A stretch of 64,000 bases of DNA. It comes from Octopus sinensis. Its lineage: Eukaryota. Both the position numbers and the translations under genes were made by a program. The DNA lies in assembly GCF_006345805.1 (NCBI RefSeq), contig NC_042998.1, positions 70,804,001 through 70,868,000 on the forward strand, given 5' to 3'. The notes beneath the pieces were generated by a model. It was not told where the DNA came from, made no database searches, and saw only the letters and a program-made list of their open reading frames with translations. Below, piece after piece: positions 54,421-64,000 of this stretch (its first letter is position 1; every line of letters begins with the position of its first letter).

Positions 54421-54669
54421 AATCTCTCTAAACAATCGGTAGCCGTCTCTAGATGGCAGATTGTTTGCACCCCTACATCGCCAAGAACTCAGTCATGACA
54501 CTTTGCTTCTTGACAGTGTCAGGGTCCCTATAGAGAAAGATATGTTTTCATCATGTGCATTTAAACAACCTCTGTCAGTTAATAAAAATGTTATTCAAAC
54601 TTGCCTTTCTTTCGTTACAAATTTCGTGTATACTCTATGTTTGAATATATGTACATATCTATATGTTGA

Positions 54670-55665
<996 letters not shown>

Positions 55666-55886
55666 CTGACTGACGGATGTGATGTCGTTTCGGCTCCGAA
55701 GGTAATCATTTATTTTGACTATTTAAAAGTGTATATTGACAACATTTTTTTGCTAAAAGTTGTACAACAACATCCACTGTAAACCTTTGATAAATATCGA
55801 CACAAAATTTTGCCCCTTGTGGGCAAAATTTAAAAGAAAAAATTCTCATAGCCTTCGTGGTTTCATTTAGCCATTTTATTTCCAAA

Positions 55887-58031
55887 ATGGCCACTGGCCC
55901 CACGAGGCTGAGTTGCAAGTGAAGCGTGACGCAGAAACAGAAAAAAACAGGATGCCCTGTTAGCATACGCCGAACCTGACAACTCCACCACCACCAACAG
56001 CAACAAATACAAAACAAAGGTCGCAAGGCCAAGCACCGTCAACACCATCAGTGAGTCCACCACCACCACCAACACCATGGCAGAATCTGCTACTAAAACT
56101 GCTATCCCTACTAAAGATATCGCCACCAATAACATCACCATCACCGTCACCAAAGACCGTGCTGTCAATGCTACTAATACTACCAACACCACCGCCGTCA
56201 CCAAGAACGACAATAACAACAACAACAACGACGACGACAACAACAATTCCCTTCAACACTGCTCACTCCATCACCAACAAGTGAAAAAATAACGACGACA
56301 AGGAAACGAAATGTCGAATTTTGCCCTAGTGCAGGACTAAAGTACGCAGGCAATTTTCCACCCCTTCCTACTTGCACGATCGAACCTAACACACCAATTT
56401 TACAAACTGCAGCCAACACAACAACATCACCACAAGCAACACAATAACAAAACAACAACAAATTTCGCTGAGGCGATTAAAGAAAAAAAAACAACAATAT
56501 ACTTTACGGCTCAACAATTACAGGACACGAACATCAAAATAACAGAATCAGAAGGTATCGTAAAAATTAACATACCAGAAGATATTTTGGAAAATGAAAA
56601 AAGACGAACAATCATTTATAAAATAGTTAACAAAAAAACAAAAATCCCAGAGAAGGCCAACACAGGCAAAATAGAGAAGTGCTTGAAACCCATCTGGGAT
56701 CACAAAGAATATGTAACCTGGTGGAACAAATTTGCCCACATACAAGTCGTTTTCTACACCGAAGAGTTAGCTAGACATTTCTCAACGCTAACTCTTCACT
56801 CAGATGAACTCCAACTTACACCAAGCTATCGGGGACAGAAAGTGACTAAGATCACTCTAAACAATGTCCCTAAAATAGCCAATAGTCTATGGCTTGTAAA
56901 GGCTTTATGCGTAAAAATGGCGAATTATACTATTTTGGAACCACAGTCACAGAGCATAAAAACTGGGTGGGAAAAAAATAGAATTTCTTCTACATATACA
57001 TCATGAAGATATAAAAAAAATACCCACCCAGATATGTGTATCAGACGACCACAAGTTATATGTGGTCGTCGATGGCAGAAGACCACGTTGCTACATATGC
57101 GGCAGTGAGCAACATCTCAAAAAAGACTGCAAATCTGCCGCAAGAAAACCAACAGCAACAACAACAGCAGCCGGAAACAAAAACAAATAAACAAGGTTTA
57201 CTACCCACACCACTTTTTGCAGGAACAAACCTCACCAAACAAACAACCACACCAACTGCAGCACCAAGAACAAAAGCAGCATCACCAACAACAACAACCA
57301 AGAATATACCAACTCCCAAACCAAGGACATCTGCCAAAAAGACACCCAGCATAAATGAAGAAACAATTACAACTCCATCCAATCCCCACAAATTGAGACC
57401 CTAAACAACACAACAATACCCACAATCACTCAAACACAAAATACCCAAACCCCACATCCAAAACCGCATACACCACAACAAACGCTCACCACCAACACCA
57501 ACAACAAACCAACACAGTCGACAATAGACCCCAATACTTTCCCTCTTCCAGACTCCGATTCGTCTGATCTGTCATTAGACGAAGAAGACACGGAAGATTG
57601 GCAAATAGCCACAGGGGGGAGAAGAAAAAGGGGAAAAAAAAAAAAGAAAAAATAACAAACAAAGCGGGAAGATACACCCTCCCGAAACAAAAACATCCAC
57701 AGAAAACACACACATCACACCACAAACACACCATCATCAAACCCCCAAAAATGTTGACAGCCATAAACACAAACACCACGACCTAATGGAACACATTAGG
57801 TCAAACACTAACATTACTGAAAACGACATAAAAACAAGTAACCACCCACACCACAACACCACACAACACATTAAAATAATACACGTGACACAGAACACAT
57901 ACAGCACCCTGAAATCTCTTTACCCTGATGCAGTAGGGAGATTTCAAAAGTACTCATCAAAAAAACTGTACAAAAGCCTCATAGAAGAAGACCGTGAGGT
58001 GAAAGACAAAGAACCTTCGAAAGACAAGTAA
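55887..58031 (+). CDS. Tx1 ORF1 (gag-like nucleic-acid-binding protein), frameshifted in this assembly
   Basis: ATG at 55887 (start inferred). Thr/Asn-rich N-terminus, globular segment (ORF 56587-57006), then VVVDGRRPRCYICGSEQHLKKDC (CX2CX4HX4C at 57089-57130) and a Pro/Thr-rich plus basic C-terminus ending at TAA 58031. Confidence 0.75.
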
Positions 58032-58073
58032 CCTTTTCTCTCTCCTTTTCCTTTTTTGCACTTTTATCGGAAC

Positions 58074-61000
58074 ATGCTCAGAATAGGTAGTATAAATGTA
58101 CGTGGCTTGGGGTCGCCTTGGAAACAAGGCTACCTGTTAAATGACATCAAGTCACTAAATCTGAATATCATAGCCATCAGTGAGACCAGACTCCACAGCT
58201 TGCGGGCACTCCAGCACATTTTCGGTACACATTTCAACATTTATTTTTTCTCTCCGTGTCTACCGAGAATGGGCGGAGGTGGCACCGCGGTGCTTATCCG
58301 AAGAGTCTGGATCTCAAATAAGAGCAAATTTCCTAGACCCGGAGGGTAGGCTGGTCGTTTTGGATGTCGATGGCAGCAATGAGTGTGCTTTTCGACTGAT
58401 AGCAGTTTATGCTCCGTCCTTAACAGGCCGACCAGATTTCTTTCGACGTCTAGAGTCTTTCATGGGAACGTCTCGTCCTTTACTTTTAGTGGGGGATGGA
58501 ATGCCACCCTGGACACGCATCTAGACTACGTGGGCAGAGATAGCAATAGAGGGGATGCAAATGCCTCAAAGACCTGCTCAGACGCTTCCAACTGTCTGAC
58601 AGGTACCGACTGGACCACCCGAATGTGCCAATGTGGACATGGAGTACCCGCATCGGGTCGTCCAGATCATACTTAGATAGAGTATTCTGTAGGACAATAG
58701 ATAAAAATAGTGTAGGTTGTCCACAATTTCATATAGTCAGTTACACAGATCACAAGTTTGTGACTTGTACACTTGACTTAGATAAACACATAGGCAGGGT
58801 CCTGGTTACTGGAACTGAACGCGTCTTTTACAGCACGACAGTTTACAGGGACCGGATCAGCACATTAGTTAAGAGAGCTTTGACGGGTACCATCATCAAC
58901 AACAGATGGTGGTATGCCCTAAAAAAAGCGATTAAAGCAGAATCAGTCAGATACAGTAGAGCCCTAGCATTAGACCGAAATAGAGTAGAGGGAGAATTAG
59001 TTAAGGTTTTAGAAGAGGCACTTAGAACTGGCATCGCGTCCAACGTACTGGCGGCGAGATTGGCCCTCGACCAACACCTCAACGCCAAACACGAGGGATG
59101 CGTTGTCAGAGCTAGGATGCGTGCTCTGAGGAACGAAGGAGTTGGAGCCGCCCAAGAGGCCCGAGTGGTGGAGACGCAACGAGGCAACAGAGCCACCATC
59201 AAGTCTCTTATAGATGAACAGGGGCGCGAATTGCTCGAGCCTAAAAGGAGTGTGGGGTTTTTCAACAACACTTCACCCAACTGTTTGGGACAAGTGGTGA
59301 GTCAGAAAGCAGAGTGGACTTTAGTGCCTACCTGCATGCCTTGCCACGACTCTCAGCAAGGGAGGTGGAGTCTTGTGAAAAGCCTATCACAGCTGCGGAC
59401 GTACAGGATGCGATGGTAGGCTGGCGCGAGACAAGTCACCAGGCTTGGATGGTCTGCCCTACGAATTTTATTTTCATATGCCAGACTTGTTTGGAGGCGT
59501 CTTGGCAGCTGTCTACTGCAACTGGCAGCAGAACGGGAGTATTCCTGCTTTTGTAAAGCGAGGAGCAGTGGCACTGATCAAGAAAGACCCAAACAAGGGG
59601 GACGTCATAGATAATTTCAGGCCCATCACTCTGCTCAACGCAGATTTGAAAATTTTGGCCAAGGTGTTAGCCGAGAGGTTGGCGCTTGTCATCAAGAAAC
59701 TAATCGACAAGGCGCAAACATGCGCCGTGCCGGGTAGAAGTATTCATGACAACCTCCATCTGATGCGCTACATCATAGACAGGGTAGTTAAAAATCCTGG
59801 CATGGGTGGGGCGCTGATCAATTTGGATCAATCAAAAGCCTTCGATAGGGTAGACCATCACTACTTGGAGGCTGTCCTCAAAGCGGCTGGTTTCGGTCCA
59901 GTTTTCCGCGGTTGGATCGCTGCCTTATACAGCGGCATCCGCTCAGTAGTTCGCGTAATGTCATCTATCCAGAACCTTTTAACATCATGCGTTCGTTCGT
60001 CAGGGATGCCCCCTCTCATCGCTCGCTGCTGTATGTACTGACTCTTGAGCCACTACTGCGGAAACTGGCGACGCTGAGGGGCATCCCACGAGAGCTGGGA
60101 TGCGGGAGGAGCGTGTCTGCATACGCGGATGACGTCACCGTCATAGTGTCGAGCTACAAGCACATCGAGCTGGTCGGCGAGACACTGAAAGAATACGAAG
60201 CGGTAACGGGAGCAAAAATTAACCGGGAAAAGTCAGTGGGCTTGCGGCTCGGCACCTGGAGAAGCAAGCCCATGCCGTCCAACACGTCTCCATCGTGGGA
60301 CGCTGGACGGACGGACCGGTTAAATTGCTCGGGGTCTGGTTCGGTCCGGACCTCCAAATGGAGAAGAACTGGGGCGAGATAACGACTAGGGTGGCTACTC
60401 TCACCCAGAAATGGACTGAGAGAAAGCTATCCCTAAAAGGTCGGGCGGAGGTGGCGAACGCGTACATCGCATCCGTCATCGAGTATCGTCTGACCGTCGT
60501 GCCTTGTCCCGACCCTACCATCACCAAACTGGAACGCATACTCTCCCGCTTCTTGTGGAAGGGAAACGTTCCGATGTTTAGGCGATCCATTTGCTGCCAA
60601 CCACCCGCTAAATGGAGGGCTGGGCATGCCGTGGTTGATGATGCGCAGACATGCGCTGAGACTGCGACATCTCCGGCGCTTCATAGACAACGGTGAACAG
60701 GGGTGGTCGCCTTTTGTGCGGCGCGCTTTCCCGCAGCTCGTCTCCTTGGACGAACTACAGTCATGGATCAAGCAGAGACCGAGGCTAGGCGAATGGCACC
60801 GCGAGTGTCGCGTTGCTCTCAAGCAACTCTGCCGTCCGGGATCGAACTTGTGCGACTCCATCACAACAAAGGCATTCTATAGAGGATTAGTGGAGGGGAG
60901 GTGCGACGACGAACTCGGGCAGAGTCTGGGCGTCGACGAGGAACACCTGACCCGCCTGTTCAGGACAACTTTCGGGCCGGGACCTATGAACAATCACCAA

Positions 61001-61510
61001 AGATCCCTGGCCTGGCAGTGCTATCGAGAAGCATTACCTGTTCGGGATAAGCTCTACAGACACGGTTCCAGACACACTGGACCGACTTGCCGAGATGCGG
61101 TCAGAGCGACGAAACCGTTCTGCATGCACGCACTCGTGCAATGTCCAACCATTTCCGACCTGTGGGCTTATGCCGAACGGCTGCTGTCACGTGTGGGACG
61201 AATCCGCCTATCGGCCGAGTCTATCGTGAGAATTGCTCCGCCCCCTTCCCTCAACCGGGAAGGCAAGGCAGTTTTCATCGTACTGGTGGCCATGGTGAAA
61301 GAATGTGTGTGGTGGACTCGAGCGAAAGGATTAGAGACAAACACTTACCTCTCTGGCCAATCGCTCATCAACTTTTTCAAGTACCACTTGAAAAGGAAGG
61401 TGAGAATGGAGAGGGAAGTTTTGTCTCGCGAAAGATTCAAAAAAAGATGGGTGAATGTTGCAAAGATGGTGCGTGCTAGTAACGAAACCATTTTGAGCAT
61501 GATCCTGTAG
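58074..61510 (+). CDS. Tx1 ORF2 (APE endonuclease, reverse transcriptase, CCHC zinc finger), frameshifted in this assembly
   Basis: MLRIGSINVRGL..ISET..VYAP..SYLDRVF..YTDH (APE). KSPGLDGLPYEFY, FRPITLLNADLKILAK, LDQSKAFDRVDH, QGCPLS (intact in the second copy) and AYADD (RT). CPRCGQSDETVLHALVQC across a frameshift. Stop TAG at 61508-61510. Confidence 0.93.
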
Positions 61511-61813
61511 ATCGTAAAAAAGAAAGAAAGAGAGCATTTTTGACCTCATGTGTTTATTTCCTCCCTGACTGGGGTTCCCGTGGTCTTTTCTGTAGGCTTT
61601 TCTTCCCACGGATGAACCCAATCTTGTTATATCAATGTTTACACCATTATTTCGTGATACACGATTTTCCTTTTTTTTTTTTTTTTTTTCCTCCTCTCGA
61701 TCCCTTTTGATCGCAACCTTACATTTTTTATTTTTTTCCACCCTCGAAAAGAAAAGCTCTGCATTTGTATTTGTCCCCTCTGTATTCAGCCCTGTGTGGC
61801 TAATAAAAGAAAG

Positions 61814-61916
<103 letters not shown>

Positions 61917-61917
61917 A

Positions 61918-64000
61918 TAGAGGGAGAATTAGTTAAGGTTTTAGAAGAGGCACTTAGAACTGGCATCGCGTCCAACGTACTGGCGGCGAGATTGGCCCTC
62001 GACCAACACCTCAACGCCAAACACGAGGGATGCGTTGTCAGAGCTAGGATGCGTGCTCTGAGGAACGAAGGAGTTGGAGCCGCCCAAGAGGCCCGAGTGG
62101 TGGAGACGCAACGAGGCAACAGAGCCACCATCAAGTCTCTTATAGATGAACAGGGGCGCGAATTGCTCGAGCCTAAAAGGATGTGTGGGGTTTTTCAACA
62201 ACACTTCACCCACTGTTTGGGACAAGTGGTGAGTCAGAAAGCAGAGTGGACTTTAGTGCCTACCTGCATGCCTTGCCACGACTCTCAGCAAGGGAGGTGG
62301 AGTCTTGTGAAAAGCCTATCACAGCTGCGGATGTACAGGATGCGATGGTAGGCTGCGCGAGAGACAAGTCACCAGGCTTGGATGGTCTGCCCTACGAATT
62401 TTATTTTCATATGCCAGACTTGTTTGGAGGCGTCTTGGCAGCTGTCTACTGCAACTGGCAGCAGAACGGGAGTATTCCTGCTTTTGTAAAGCGAGGAGCA
62501 GTGGCACTGATCAAGAAAGACCCAACAAGTGGGACGTCATAGATAATTTCAGGCCCATCACTCTGCTCAACGCAGATTTGAAAATTTTGGCCAAGGTGTT
62601 AGCCGAGAGGTTGGCGCTTGTCATCAAGAAACTAATCGACAAGGCGCAAACATGCGCCGTGCCGGGTAGAAGTATTCATGACAACCTCCATCTGATGCGC
62701 TACATCATAGACAGGGTAGTTAAAAATCCTGGCATGGGTGGGGCGCTGATCAATTTGGATCAATCAAAAGCCTTCGATAGGGTAGACCATCACTACTTGG
62801 AGGCTGTCCTCAAAGCGGCTGGTTTCGGTCCAGTTTTCCGCGGTTGGATCGCTGCCTTATACAGCGGCATCCGCTCAGTAGTTCGCGTAAATGGTCATCT
62901 ATCCAGACCTTTTAACATCATGCGTTCGGTTCGTCAGGGATGCCCCCTCTCATCGCTGCTGTATGTACTGACTCTTGAGCCACTACTGCGGAAACTGGCG
63001 ACGCTGAGGGGCATCCCACGAGAGCTGGGATGCGGGAGGAGCGTGTCTGCATACGCGGATGACGTCACCGTCATAGTGTCGAGCTACGAGCACATCGAGC
63101 TGGTCGGCGAGACACTGAAAGAATACGAAGCGGTAACGGGAGCAAAAATTAACCGGGAAAAGTCAGTGGGCTTGCGGCTCGGCACCTGGAGAAGCAAGCC
63201 CATGCCGTCCAACAGCGTCTCCATCGTGGGACGCTGGACGGACGCCGGTTAAATTGCTCGGGGTCTGGTTCGGTCCGGACCTCCAAATGGAGAAGAACTG
63301 GGGCGAGATAACGACTAGGGTGGCTTCTCTCACCCAGAAATGGACTGAAAGAAAGCTATCCCTAAAAGGTCGGGCGGAGGTGGCGAACGCGTACATCGCA
63401 TCCGTCATCGAGTATCGTCTGACCGTCGTGCCTTGTCCCGACCCTACCATCACCAAACTGGAACGCATACTCTTCCGCTTCTTGTGGAAGGGAAACGTTC
63501 CGATGGTTAGGCGATCCATTTGCTGCCAACACCCGCTAATGGAGGGCTGGGCATGCCGTGTTTGATGATGCGCAGACATGCGCTGAGACTGCGACATCTC
63601 CGGCGCTTCATAGACAACGGTGAACAGGGGTGGTCGCCTTTTGTGCGGCGCGCTTTCCCGCAGCTCGTCTCCTTGGACGAACTACAGTCATGGATCAAGC
63701 AGAGACCGAGGCTAGGCGAATGGCACCGCGAGTGTCGCGTTGCTCTCAAGCAACTCTGCCGTCCGGGATCGAACTTGTGCGACTCCATCACAACAAAGGC
63801 ATTCTATAGAGGATTAGTGGAGGGGAGGTGCGACGACGAACTCGGGCAGAGTCTGGGCGTCGATGAGGAACACCTGACCCGCCTGTTCAGGACAACTTTC
63901 GGGCCGGGACCTATGAACAATCACCAAAGATCTCTGGCCTGGCAGTGCTATCGAGAAGCATTACCTGTTCGGGATAAGCTCTACAGACACGGTTCCAGAC
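61918..64000 (+). mobile_element. Second, 5'-truncated Tx1 copy in head-to-tail tandem (runs off the window)
   Basis: 61918 onward is nearly identical to 58986 onward. It includes the RT core (ORF 62578-63252: DQSKAFDRV, RQGCPLS, YADD). Confidence 0.97.

Noticed and set aside
55666-55710. Ribozyme at the Tx1 5' end (ctgactgacgga...ttcggctccgaa)
   Set aside because: It does not fit hammerhead or HDV-like topology by eye. Only a 4-5-bp hairpin is present.

Overview
AT-rich, microsatellite-dense eukaryotic non-coding DNA. It is very probably octopus: the tRNA-derived SINE families and repeat landscape match what I know of Octopus genomes, which is an inference. I found no credible host protein-coding exon, and almost all short ORFs in the track are translated microsatellites. 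The window is a mosaic of mobile elements: three or four SINE families, RTE, CR1-like, R4/Dong-like and Penelope-like (Naiad-type) remnants, Tc1, maT (DD37D) and mariner relics, a composite Helitron, MITE/foldback elements, and a tRNA-Gly pseudogene beside a pure (CAG)64 tract. The main feature is a young, full-length Tx1-clade L1 retrotransposon (55666-61814). It sits in (TATC)n at both ends, has no poly(A) tail, and is followed head-to-tail by a near-identical 5'-truncated copy that also starts in (TATC)n. This suggests a GATA-microsatellite-specific, array-forming retrotransposon. The second highlight is an almost canonical type I hammerhead ribozyme (7496-7583) in a short non-coding element inserted in (TA)n, with several degenerate relatives and foldback insertions typical of Penelope-like/retrozyme biology. 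Coordinates were read by eye, and the ends of decayed elements are approximate.
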